Of a stretch of 54,793 nucleotides of DNA, positions 24,642 to 37,409 are shown in pieces (positions within the stretch are counted from its first letter, which is position 1; each line of letters starts with the position of its first letter). The DNA is from Octopus sinensis. Taxonomy: Eukaryota. A program made the translations under genes and the position numbers. The notes beneath the pieces were generated by a model that saw only the letters and a program-made list of their open reading frames with translations, was not told where the DNA came from and did no database searches. The stretch covers positions 1 to 54,793 of the forward strand of contig NW_021833975.1 in assembly GCF_006345805.1 (NCBI RefSeq), in the 5' to 3' direction.

Positions 24642-24838
24642 GTATGTATGTATGTATGTATGTATGTATGTATGCATGTATGTATGTATGTATGTAAGTA
24701 TGTTTATATATATATATATATATTTATATATGTGCAAGCCTGTGTGGATGGTTGCTTACCTATCTACCAATCAACTTCTATATTTCCTTCAATCTGCATT
24801 TTTTCTGGAACTTTCTCTCTCTCTTCTCTCTCTCTCTA

Positions 24839-24882
<44 letters not shown>

Positions 24883-25260
24883 ATATACATGCACACATAC
24901 ATAAATGTATGAAAATGTAAATACATATATACATACATATATATGTTTATATAAACATGTACATACATATATTTATATATATATATGTGTGTATATACAT
25001 GTATTTACATATATATATGTATATCTATATATTTATCTCTCTATAGAAAGATAGATGGATAGATATATCTGTGTGTATTTCCGTGTGTTTGTGCATGTAT
25101 ATATAAATATGGATAGAGATCCATACATAGATACATACATATGTACATAGATGCATACATACATAAATACACATACACACATACATTTATATATGCCTAC
25201 ATACATCCCGATAGCTATAGTGAGCTGTACACATATCTACACATGGATATGTGTATACAC
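23245..25260. repeat. Cluster of (TA)n/(CA)n/(TATG)n/(CT)n arrays with short unique spacers
   Basis: Read directly; main blocks about 23245-23410, 23790-24260 and 24540-25260. Confidence 0.9.
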
Positions 25261-25580
25261 TTGATAAACGTGATTCGAAAGAGACAAATTGGCGGTCAGT
25301 GTCGCCACATGATATTACGAAAATAACCAACCGAAAGAAGAGATAATATTGCCAGGAGGAAGGATTCTTTCAAACACTCTATGAGAATCCGTCTTCGCTG
25401 TTACAACGACAGATGAAACATGTCGCTCGTGTTTGAGTGACTGGTTGTGTTGCGTTTTGGTCAATTTATTTTTTGTTTAGACCCACCTGACTCTGATATA
25501 TTACCTGTGAGGGCATTTTGATATACAGAAAATATGAAGATCCAGCGCGCGCACACACACACACACACGTAAATCATTAC

Positions 25581-25619
<39 letters not shown>

Positions 25620-25800
25620 TATATTACGAGATGTACTTGCATAGCAAGTGATTTGATCTGAGTTCGTGTGCTGGAACGAAAACAATTGCAGCGTGGAAGG
25701 TGTTTATAAGCCATTTAAGAAACACACAAAAGCCGTTCGATTCACTTCAACATTTAAGTTTAATTTGTCAAAATATTTTCGTCGCTTTAAGACCGCGACC

Positions 25801-25839
<39 letters not shown>

Positions 25840-26141
25840 GAAAATAAAATGGAGGGAAAATAACAATAAGCCATTATGTAATTAGTTAAGAAACGATCGT
25901 AACTCGTCCTTACTCTCACCTTTCTTAACTAATTAAATAATGGCTTCCTAGCACAAAAGACACACTTCTTATTGCTATTTTACCTCCATTTTTTTTACGT
26001 CTGTATAAATCAAACTACGGTTTACAGCTAAATTACCTGCTGCCGTATACCTTTTACTAAGGACTATACCTACTGAGGTAATTATCAGGTGTGCCTTTGG
26101 ATATATCTATCCCTTAGAGTCTCTAAACACCTCTAACTTAT

Positions 26142-26228
26142 ACCGGTGTTGGTTGGTGGGTTTGTCTTCGTAATTAGCGGTTCTGCAAAAAAAAAACCCC
26201 AGATAAAATGAGTACCTTAGATAAGAAT
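26142..26228 (+). mobile_element. SINE family B tail fragment, diverged
   Basis: taattagcggttctgcaaaa...gataaaatgagtacc resembles cacttagcggttcggcaaaagagaccgatagaataagtac. Confidence 0.45.
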
Positions 26229-26249
26229 ATGTGCATGCGGAGGTGGGTA

Positions 26250-26677
26250 TCTTTTATCTTTTACTTGTTTCAGTCAGTAGACTGTGGCCACGCTGGGGCA
26301 CCGCCTTGAAGACGTTTTAGTGGAACAAATTGAACTCAGGACATCTTTTAATGCTTGGTATTTATTCTATTGGTTACTCTCGCCGAACCGCTAATTTACG
26401 AGGACGTAAACACACCATCACCGGTTCTCAAATGGTGGTGGTAGTGCTGAGCAAACATACACATACACACACACACATATATATATATAGATATAGATAT
26501 ATATATACTGTATTCTTCAGGCTTCTTTCAGTTTCCCTCTACAAAATCCACTGACTAGGTTTTCGTCGGCCCGAGGCCATAATACAAAATACTTGCTCAG
26601 GTTGCCATGCAGTGGGACTGATCTCGGAACTCTGTGACTGGGAAACAAATTTCTTACCACACAGCCACGCCTGCACC
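26250..26677 (-). mobile_element. SINE family B, diverged full copy
   Basis: Reverse-complement tail (ttacttgtttcagtc...ggggcaccgcctt), linker and head (cttaccacacagccacgcctgcacct). Confidence 0.85.
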
Positions 26678-27380
26678 TGTTTCTTCGACAAGAATTTTGT
26701 CTCTAAATCCGTCAAGGCGAAGCTCCAGAATGACCACAATCCACTGACTGCAACAAGTAAGCGATAAAAGATAAAACATAACAATTTCATAAATATTTTA
26801 TTTCCAGCATCCCGCGACCCGCAACGGCAGTTTGTAATTTAAAGGGAAATTTAGTCGTTAATAGTAACCAGTCAAGCGAGTTCATTAAGGCTCACTCTCT
26901 CATTAACTCACCATGGATATTGTTACTTTCCTACATCGCTTATATATTGTCTATTTCTCTCCTTTTAAAATGTCTGCATTTCAGGAACTCTGTGCTTCCC
27001 CACAAGTTATCACGCAAATTCCATTTCTAATTAATCTAATGTAAATTTCATTACTTCCAACAATTTATTTGATGGTTTCAGAAATTACTATTTAATATAG
27101 AAATGTGGAGCGTATGACAATATTTTATTGATAGCTAAGCGGTTTAGCGCTGTAAAAGTTTCAAGGTTGCATGCGAAATTATATTCAATACATAACATTA
27201 TGCGTTCCTTGATAGAAGCTAACTGCTATGCAGTTGGATTTGAAGTGAAATAAATTATGAATATTTGAACACCTTTAACACACGGAATTAATTGCAGAGA
27301 GCAATGATAATAAATACATCAATACAGAAAAGTATTGTTAACATGACAAAAGTCCCCAACTATGTTTCGTATTTGGCATA

Positions 27381-27545
27381 GGCGGAGGCGTGGCTGTGGG
27401 GGTTAACGCGTTTGGTTTGTATCCATTTGGGTTCGGTTTCATTGTGTGCCACTTTAGAAGAAATTCTTCTTCTATAACACCGTGTTGACCAATATATTTT
27501 GAGTGAATTTCCTAGAGGAAAACTGTGTGGACGCATATCGTTATA
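27381..27545 (+). mobile_element. SINE family B head, highly diverged
   Basis: aggcggaggcgtggctgtggggg...cttctataacaccgtgttgaccaat...gtgaatttcctagaggaaaactg. Confidence 0.55.
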
Positions 27546-27995
27546 AATAAAAACACACACATATACATATATTATGTGCGTATTGATGCACGCATGCGCA
27601 TACGTATCTAATTAATTTTCGAACGTAGAACCTCGAAATTGATTAACACAATTGTTCAATATTTACATACTTTCATTCATAGATTTATATATATTTCGGG
27701 GTACCCCGTTCCAAGGAAAAAGAAAAATATTTCGTCTTCTCGAAACTTTTCTAAATTCTTGGCTCCAATATGTGTGTCTGCGTGTGAATTTGACTCGTAT
27801 CGAAATTTCTGGCACCATGATGCGAAATATAAATCGAAGGGAATACAATAGGGTGCTTCCACCACGTTTACCATAAGAGAAATATTTTCTTTGCGATAAC
27901 CGCAGTGAATTTGTCTTTTAACTGTTGAAATATGTCACAAACATTTTAACTAAACTAAACTTTGCTTATGCCAAAACACTGCTACGCACAAACAT

Positions 27996-28331
27996 TTGGG
28001 CAAGTGTCTTCTACTATAGCCTCGGGCCGACCAATGCCTTGTGAGTGGATTTGGTAGACGGAAACTGAAAGAAGCCTGTCGTATATATGTATATATATAT
28101 ATGTATGTGTGTGTTTGTGTGTCTGTGTTTGTCCCCCTAGCATTGCTTTACACCCGATGCTGGTGTGTTTACGTCCCCGTCACTTAGCGGTTCGGCAAAA
28201 AAGACCGATAGAATAAGTACTGGGCTTACAAAGAATAAGTCCCGGGGTCTATTTGCTCGACTAAAAGGCGGTGCTCCAGCATGGCCGCAGTCAAATGACT
28301 GAAACAAGTAAAAGAGTAAAAGAGTAAAGAG
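27996..28331 (+). mobile_element. SINE family B, 5'-truncated
   Basis: Starts ttgggcaagtgtcttctactatagcc; tail intact with (aagagt)n. Confidence 0.9.
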
Positions 28332-28354
28332 AATATATATATTATACATGTATA

Positions 28355-28415
<61 letters not shown>

Positions 28416-29299
28416 AAAAGGACAGATGGCTGCAGCACCAGACCATAAAGAATGTAAATATTGCGGGACGATTTCTGCAGCTAAATCTTGTGGCATGACC
28501 ACAAGCTACAGACCAGTGGCCGAAACACGCAAAAGAGAAAAGATACAACGATTTTGAATGTTTAGCATCGACACCAAAGTGGGTTTCGCATGGAATTCCT
28601 TCTTAATGGTTAATAATCTATGTACTCCTCTTTGGCCTCATTCCTGTGACTGAAACAAATTAAAGGAAAAGCGATATGATATTGGTCGGAATATAAATAC
28701 AAAGAGATGGCAGTGATGACAGTGCATCGAACAAATATGTTTTCATTGCAAACGGAAGTAAAGTCGCTTCGCAGACAAATTCGCATTGAATTCCTTCGTC
28801 ACGTTTGATGATCATCCAAACACAGCCGTACCATTCCGAGGTAATTTTTTTAAGGACTAGGAACTAATAAATGTGCTTGCCTCTGAAATAAATTAGACTA
28901 AATTTTTGAAGATGGATTCGCTCATCGTTATTTCGCTAGTCGCGAAGCAGAATTGAAATTAATTTTCAAAATATTCCTGACAGACAAATGATAACCGGAT
29001 TAAAAGCATTAATATTGATGCTCTTGTGTATTTTGTTTCAAAGATGAAATTCTACTCGATCGATTTTTAATTTCCCATTCCCTGTGTTTTATAAACATTT
29101 TGACAGAAATGGTGTATAATCATGTTGTTACATTGGATGGAACTTTAACTCAGGAAACATTTCTGATAATGGTGAAGAATTATTATTATGATTAATATAA
29201 TAATTAGAGCAGAGAGTTCGCCAGAATAGAGTACCTGACCAAAATTCATTGCAACGGCAGGTTCTACGTCCAAATCCTGCTGGAGACAAATTTACCATT

Positions 29300-29722
29300 G
29301 TGTATATTTATTTATATATATATATATGTGTGAGAGTGTGTGTGTGTGTGTGTGTGTGTGTGAGTGTCTATGTGTGTGTATGTGTGTGTGTGTATGTGTG
29401 TGTGTGTGTGGTGTGTGTGTGTGTGTGTGAGTGTGTGTATGAAAAAATGTCAAGATAGAAAATGCTAAAATAATTTTATAAAAAACATTTCAGTTCCGGT
29501 TTCATTCATTGAGACTTTTTCAACTGTAAGTATGGAAAACAATTAAATTTAGAAAAATTAAAAGAAAAGTTTTTTTTAAAGAATATTTGCATAGTGTTCA
29601 AATACAAGGGGCATTTTCCTTGTTTCTGTCTGTCTCTGTCTCTCTTGTTTACTCTTGTGGGTTTGAGATGTGTGTGTATGTGTGTGTATAATCACACTTT
29701 ACATACAAGCACACACACACAC

Positions 29723-29758
<36 letters not shown>

Positions 29759-30101
29759 ATGTATAGTGAGAAAAAGGAGGCAGTCAGAATTTTGGATAAT
29801 TCTTTATTAACGTTTCCGTTCGTTTTTGCAACTCATCGAGACAAAATCAAAATCAGAATGTTAAGAACGAAACGTTTTATTGTTCGGATACTTTCTTTTG
29901 CTTTGTTTAGAACTCAAGAATATTCTTTTAGTCTTTTTGTTTTGTTTTTTTTGGTGGGGGAAAATGGGAGGGAGTGTTAGAAAAGCAAAGAGGCGGGGGG
30001 AAATAGACAGGGAGAGAGGTTGCAGGATAATCAAGAAAGAGGGGAAAATAAGAAGAATGGGGAAAGGATAGATAGATAGATAGACAGACAGACAGGCAGA
30101 C

Positions 30102-30156
<55 letters not shown>

Positions 30157-30163
30157 CAGATAA

Positions 30164-30196
<33 letters not shown>
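29300..30196. repeat. (TG)n at about 29300-29440, (CA)n at about 29710-29757 and (GATA)n at about 30067-30196
   Basis: Read directly. Confidence 0.9.
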
Positions 30197-30409
30197 GAAG
30201 GGGTGTTCTTTTCAATTTTATGTAGTCAAGTCATTGAAACTTCATTACAAAGCATTTTTCCTCTTTACTTATCCTTTCTTTATTTCTTTTCATTGTATAC
30301 CTATCAACATATTTGTGAATAAATACATTTTCTTGCAAGGGTAGGTGACCTTTCAAAGATGTCATGTTTAGGAAGTAGGATGGAAAAAAAAAGAAAAATG
30401 GGGAGGGCG

Positions 30410-31090
30410 CTGTCAACACTGAAAATTTTAAAAAGAGTTCAAAGTACTATGACTCAAAGACTTCCTAATGAAGCAGAAATACCCCTTAAGATTAATAAAT
30501 GAGGGGATGAAGCTGAGAATCAAATAACTAAGGGAACCAAAGGAGAAAGGTTAATGAACGCAGGATTCCATTTATTAATACGCACAATCCTGGCGTAGCC
30601 AACATCTTTCACGACATAAAATCAAGCCTACGAATACTTCTCTAAAGTCCCAAAATAAAAAATCTGATTAATAAAAAATGCTTACGAAACAGTAGACCCC
30701 AACCAAAAAATCCCTAAAGCATCTCAGAAGAGAATGAACAAGAATGCTATTCTCTGTACAGAAATGTGGAGGAAGTAGGTGTGAAACAAGCAACATCAAC
30801 TTTAAATATTTAGAAAGTGATTCCCATATAAAATTCAAGAGCGGATTCACGTTCAAATAAATGCAGATATGAACTAAAAGATGCAGAATCTCATATATTC
30901 CATTACTTTCCCCAACTGCAAGTAAAATTACATTGGCGAAACAAAAAATTCCCTTTGCCAACGTGCAAGGATCCACAGACAACAGACCCGACAAGAGGAA
31001 TTGCGCAAAATTCCACTGAGCAAGCTTCTAGAAAGATTCGATGGAGGAAAGTTCAAAATCTTTCCATTTTACAAATGCAAAACATGAAAT
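30410..31090 (+). pseudogene. Penelope-like element remnant: RT thumb/linker and GIY-YIG endonuclease
   Basis: Hand translation across several frames: LKDFLMKQKYPLRLINEG; RIPFINTHNPGVANIFHDIKSSLRIL; NLIYSITFPNCK*NYIGETKNSLCQRARIHRQQ...KFKIFPFYKC (IY...YIGET...L..R..H is the GIY-YIG signature). Confidence 0.85.
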
Positions 31091-32279
31091 TACACAGAAT
31101 ATGGGACTTGACTATACAAGTTTAAAGGAATTTACATTTACATAGGAATTTGAACTTCGAACTCTTTTTTCATTTTTCAGTGATGACCACACCCTTCCCC
31201 CATTTCTTACTTTTAAAAAATTGTTACCGATTCACCAGTGACTTCAGCCAGGATCTGTATGATACTTGGAGGGGCCTGTGGGATTTTGTGGTTAAAATTT
31301 TGGTGCAATAAATTGCTGATACCTTCTTCAATGTATAAAATATTCTAACAATTACGGTTATGCATTGGTTTTGCAAGATTTCTCATAGGAATTCGTGTGT
31401 TGAAACATATTATTATATTTCGATACTGTCGTTCTTTTTTGGTTTGCCAAATAAGCATGCGCTATACACTCGTCCTTCACTTTAGATATATTATTGTTTT
31501 GAATTTACAGTCTTTTGACTAAAATCTTTCGTCGCACATCCTGTGACCACTTCAGCGATTATCCATCCCACGTGTCTGCTCCTTTTCTAAAAGAGAAATA
31601 ACACATTGCTAAATCTCTCAGAGACTTTCGTACAGTAGTAACACGATAAAGAGGTGGCATGTTGCCAACTTAATGTGACAGTCCCATGAAAGGGAATAAT
31701 TTACTGCTGTTTGGCCCTAGGAAGCACAGATTCCTGTCGGCCTTGACACATTTCCTGTGTCCTTATGTTTAATCCGTTCCTTTTTAGTACATCCCGTCTT
31801 TCTAAAAACAGAATATAAAGTGAAGAACGAACATATAGCTAAACGAAAAACATTGACCATCACGAAATATAACAAAATTCTAAGAATTTCTTGAATATAA
31901 TACCTAATGATATTTAATTCTAAATATACCATACGATGTTTAAAAATCGAATGGATATGGGGGCCCACTCGAGCTAAATATAAATTAAATGGGGTCCTTT
32001 ATTCAAGGGACTGAGTATACACACACATAGGGATAGAACTAAATAACGGCAGACATTGATTCTTTCTCTTGTAAAATTTCTGTCACGATAACAGCGACAA
32101 CATGAACAAAACCAAGAATATCCACGTTTGCATTCGTTAAATGTTAGCCCATGTGATCTTTCGTTTGCATATTAATGTTGCATTTAATAAGAATGATAAT
32201 TATATATCAGCCTGATTATTTTAATTTGTGTACGATTACATCAATCTTAATTACAAATAATTTTGTTTACTACAGATAA

Positions 32280-32593
32280 ACATACAAACATACATACATG
32301 CGAAAATAAATTTGCATGTGCACATTAAATATGCGTGCACACACACACACACACACACAGATATATACATACATATCCACAAACACAAATATATGCATAT
32401 ATGCATATATATGTCCGTGTGTGTGTGTGTGTATGCATATTTTATGCATATTGTGTGTGTAATTTACTTCATAGAAATACAAGCACATTTATGCAGGCAC
32501 GGTTCACAAAATTTACATTATAAACCATATGTGTGTGTGTGTTTGCATTATGCATGTACATATGTGTTTTTGCGTGTGTGTATATAAATGTAC

Positions 32594-32635
<42 letters not shown>

Positions 32636-32704
32636 TTACATACATGCGCACACACATAAATAAGTACTTGCTCACATATTCATACACATACCAACACACA
32701 TTTA

Positions 32705-32747
<43 letters not shown>

Positions 32748-33643
32748 GTATGTATATATATATATATACCTATATATATATATGTATGTATCTATGTATA
32801 TATATATATTTATATATATATATCATATGTACGTATGATAAGTACATGTGCGTGAATGTGCTCGTACGTGCGTGTATGCGTTAATGCTGTGTATCTATCT
32901 CCGTAATTATACGTGTGTATATTCATCACATTTCCCCTCAGATCATGTTTTCCTAACAATCTCAGCCGTTTTCTCTTGGTTTGGGAACATATCACAAAAT
33001 AATAACATAGAAAAACTGAAAAATAAATGAGAGCAAATTATTCGTTAATTGCTTAGTGGTAAACCTGATTGTTTGTCACGCAAAATTTTCATTTATATCT
33101 GTCATACTAATTGTCTCTTCGAATTATCGATGTCAATAGAATTTGTAATTCGTAAGAATTGCAATGGATACATCTCATTCCAAATTATATATTTAATATT
33201 TCACAAAAATGGAGAGCATCATCTTATTAATTACACATGTCGATTTAAGCTGTGGTGGTGGAGTTGTTTTTGGCTTAGATTTTATCTGGTACTGTATTTC
33301 ATAGAAGTAGGCGAAAATTTCCCATACATTATGGCAGATGTCCACTTTACATCGATGTATGCGTGGGCATATACATATATATGTATATATGTATAGACTA
33401 CATATATACTATATAGATATGCTATATATATGTACATATACATATACTATATATATATGTATATCTATGTATATGTACATATATGAGTGTGTGTGTGTGT
33501 GTATGTGTGAATAATATGTGTGTATATATGTACACATACGTTCTTTGTAAATGGACCCTTATCGCAGTTCGAACCTGGGGTCAGATCAATTCGTTTGTTT
33601 ACATCTTGCTAAACCAAGTTTGTCCTACTCGTCAGAGACAGAA

Positions 33644-33684
<41 letters not shown>

Positions 33685-35030
33685 GAGACAGAGATAGACA
33701 GACAGAGATATATATAGATAGATACATACATATATGCATAGAGAGAGTGTGTGAGAGACAGACAGAAAAAATAGACAGATAGAGAGAGAATCAAACAGAC
33801 AGACAGAGACAGGTAGACACAGAGAGATAGACAGACAGACATTGATAGACAGACAAACAGTGATCACGTGATGACGAAGAAAACACGAAATTTGAGAGTC
33901 TCAAAACGTAGCTGGAGAAACCGTTTAAAGACTATTTACTCGCGTAAACAAGGCTCGGACTTGACTTGATATTCCTACCAATGCTGATTTTCTTTTCTCA
34001 TCCATTAGCCCTTTTCTGAGGGGAAATCTAATAACATACCAGTCATTTACTGGTGTCGGTTAACACCAACTAACAACGTCTCGCCTGCAACTAATCTTAT
34101 CCTACCAACCAAATATGGCGTCGTCTTGCGCCTGTGTTCGACTTCATTATAACACTTCCAGTAATGATAGATATTCTAAAGTAATTGATGGTGGAGGTGT
34201 TTTTTTAAATTGCTTCCAACATTTCTTTATTGGAATTTCGTTTGGTCTACGTCATGTTTTTTCGCTTTGTGTTTCTTGTTCTATATTTTATTTTTTATAA
34301 TTTTTTTCTGATATATGTTTTGTTATTTTTCTTCTATCGTGGTTGTCTGTGTTATTCGTTCGTTGCTGGAGAGGCAGTCTACCATTTATTTAAGACTTTT
34401 TCATGCTTAATGTAACATATAATTTGTTGATATATATATTTATATATATATATATATATATACATGAATATATATCATATATGTTTTCATATGTGTTTTC
34501 ATTTATATATACATATATATGTAATATATATGTTTGTGTATATATATACATATATATGTATAATATATAGGTTATGTATACATATATATATATATGTTTA
34601 TATAAATATATATAATATGATATATATATATATGAATATATGTCATGCTTTTATTTATATATACACATATATGTTTGTGTTATATATATTGATATATATA
34701 TATATATATATATATATGTGGTGTGTGTGTGTGTGTGTGTGTGTATAATATACATATATATATATAAGCACAAATATATTGTATATATATATTAATATAT
34801 GTATGTATATAATCATATGCACATACATGTATATATATATATATATACATATGTATGTATATATACACACACATATATATATATACATATACACATACAC
34901 ACGCATATGTATATATATATATAGATATATACATATATACATACATATATATTTATATATTTGTACGCATATATGTACACTTGTATACTTGTATGTATAC
35001 TTCACGCCTCCACATTCCCACCTATATCCA
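32280..35030. repeat. Microsatellite-rich block: (TA)n, (TG)n, (GA)n, (GACA)n
   Basis: Read directly; main blocks about 32280-32830, 33360-33860 and 34430-35030. Confidence 0.9.
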
Positions 35031-35904
35031 CACGCATAATCTAATAGAATTTAGTAGAGGTTGTAAATAGTGTTAATAAAGTCTCTACTACATCTCTAGT
35101 TAGTCAGGATGTTTGATGCTATAAAGCGGCTATAAATAACATATTTTCTTCTGTCACTTATTTTATTTTTTATTGTTTGTTAATAGTTTTAATGTCTGAA
35201 ACTACAAAAATACCAAACCAAGATTTATTTTATTTTTAATTAAATTCCCCAAGAGTTGTCGGTGCTGTGTTGTGTTCTTTTCTTTTTATCGTGTGTTGTT
35301 GTTGTACTTGATGTTGCGGAGGCCCTGGACGTCTTTGATCGAGCAGACGTGTTTAACCAACGTGTTCCCACTATGAACGCTACACATTTTCTTTTCCATG
35401 GAACCCTGTGAATACCATTCTACTAACATTTACCATTTATTCTTTGGTCATTGTTTCTCGCTGTTTTCAGATTTGGTAAAGCAAATTATTTATGACCACC
35501 CTGTTTTAAATTTTTGTTTAGTAAAGAAAAGGCTTTCATTACTCGTTGAATATATTTTCAAAAAATTGAAGGTAAGATTTGAGGGTGACATGACTGTTAC
35601 CTTTAGCAGGTCAAGCTGGGAATCTAATAGACGATTTTGGTTATTGGTGTTGTTGATGTTGTTAGTGATGGTGATGTTGGTGAAAATAGCTGTGGTCGCT
35701 GCGGTATTTCATATTGCTGTTTAACTACAAGAATCTCTTTAAATATTTATATCAAATTCAGCTACAGGGCCAGCAATTTCGGGGAGAGTTCATTATATAT
35801 GTCTGTTTACGCGCGTGTATGTATATATATGTGTGTGTATGTATGTATAATAAATATAATATATATATATATATAGATGATTGATCGCTAGCCACTACAG
35901 GTTG

Positions 35905-36021
35905 TGTATTTTCTGTGGAAGAGCGTATGCTCGAAACATTAAAGATATTTTCACTTCCTGGGCGTTAAACTGATACATATGTTTGTTGTCTACACCACCT
36001 GTCCTCGTCTTTTGTTTTTGT
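35905..36021 (+). mobile_element. Penelope-type terminal-repeat fragment with a variant hammerhead core
   Basis: ctgtggaagagcgtatgctcgaaac...cttcctgggcgttaaactgatac...acaccacctgtcctcgtcttttgttt, then (TA)n. Homologous to the copies at 39315, 49740 and 51595. Confidence 0.65.
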
Positions 36022-36080
36022 GAATTCCACCTATATATGCATATACATACATATATATATATATATCTGTATATGCATAC

Positions 36081-36112
<32 letters not shown>

Positions 36113-36114
36113 AT

Positions 36115-36320
36115 GTTTGTGTGTCTGTGTTTGTCATCCCAACATCGCTTGACAACCGATGCTGGTGTGTTTGGGTCCTCGTAATCTAGAGGTTCGGCGA
36201 AAGAGACCGATAGAATAGGTACTACGCTCACAAGGAATAAGTACTGGGGTCGATTTGTTCGACGAAAGGTGGAGCTCCGGCCTGGCCGCAGTCTAATGAC
36301 TGAAACAAGTAGATGAAAAT
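36115..36320 (+). mobile_element. SINE family B tail module only
   Basis: gtgtctgtgtttgtc...ttgacaaccgatgctggtgtgttt...cagtctaatgactgaaacaagta; no head upstream. Confidence 0.85.
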
Positions 36321-36368
36321 AATAAAAGAATACACATTTATATCTCGACTATACATATGCATATATAA

Positions 36369-36404
<36 letters not shown>

Positions 36405-36510
36405 ATATATATATAATATATATATATATGTAGGTCCCGGTTGAGTCGAGGTTAACAACAGTAAATAAGGTATCAATAATAGCAGAGTAAATAATTTATT
36501 TTATAGAAGG

Positions 36511-36561
36511 AGCTTCTACAGGACTAGAAGTGTTTCATTCAAATGAAATCATCAGGAAGCT
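36511..36561 (-). ncRNA. Type I hammerhead ribozyme, inverted copy
   Basis: Same as the plus copy except that stem III is ACAC/CUGU (loop-proximal pair lost, 3 bp). Confidence 0.78.
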
Positions 36562-36603
36562 TGCTGTCAAATAAGTCTGATGCCAGAACTTATTTTGACA
36601 GCA

Positions 36604-36654
36604 AGCTTCCTGATGATTTCATTTGAATGAAACAGTTCTAGTCCTGTAGAAGCT
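36604..36654 (+). ncRNA. Type I hammerhead ribozyme
   Basis: AGCUUC (stem I), CUGAUGA (36610-16), U UUC AUUU GAA U (stem II), GAA, ACAG UUCUAGUC CUGU (stem III), A17, GAAGCU (stem I'). Predicted cut at GUA/G between 36648 and 36649. Confidence 0.85.
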
Positions 36655-37300
36655 CCTTCTATAAAATAAATAAATATATATATATATAATATATGTATGT
36701 ATGTATGTATGTATATGTATTTATAAATGTAAGAGCGTGTGTGTATTTGTATTTCTGCTTTGCTAGTTTGTGTAATTTGTAAATTTTGTACACAGCCATG
36801 AAGTGTTCTCTTTCACGGCGCAGTGTGCTGCGTGGTTTTCATTAGTTGTGACGTGGAACATGAAGTGTGACACCAGAACCCTTTCATCTCATCTATTATT
36901 GAGACCTGATTTTCTGTTTAATTTCCTGCATTTCTTTTAATTCTTACTTTTTAATTTGTATTTTCATTTTTTTTTCTTTTTTGCAATTTTTATTTCATTT
37001 TTTTTTTTCATCGAATTTCCTCTTCGATTCAAATATTTCATCCTATTAATTCAATCGAATATCTTCATATTTACTCCCAATTTTAGGGTTTTTCTTTTTT
37101 ATTCGTTTGCTTGTTTTTGTTTATATTTTACCTTTGTATTTTTTCTTTTTTTTTTTGCTTTTTGTTACCTGTTTCCTTTTTTTCTCCTTGGATTTGTTTT
37201 GCTTGTTTTTATTCTTTCGTTTTATTCACTTTATATATTTTGTGGGCTGGACATTTTAGAATGTTTATTTTTACATCAATATATTATAAAACAAAATATT

Positions 37301-37345
<45 letters not shown>

Positions 37346-37377
37346 AATATACATACATACATACATATATTATATGT

Positions 37378-37409
<32 letters not shown>

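Larger units (their letters stand above)
36494..36671. repeat. Near-perfect long inverted repeat (arms about 36494-36576 and 36588-36671)
   Basis: The arms differ by one mismatch and one extra T. The centre tctg-atgc-caga can also pair, leaving a loop of about 4 nt. Confidence 0.97.

Noticed and set aside
26690-26765. Possible plus-strand exon NFVSKSVKAKLQNDHNPLTAT ending at gtaagc
   Set aside because: The acceptor is weak, it abuts a SINE head and the peptide is not recognised.
31717-31968. 83-aa minus-strand ORF
   Set aside because: No recognisable domain; composition fits AT-rich non-coding DNA.
34105-34300. YY1-like aaatATGGCG and E-box near 33864 as a promoter or first exon
   Set aside because: These short motifs are expected by chance, the ORF runs into low-complexity T-rich sequence, and I saw no donor site or other support.
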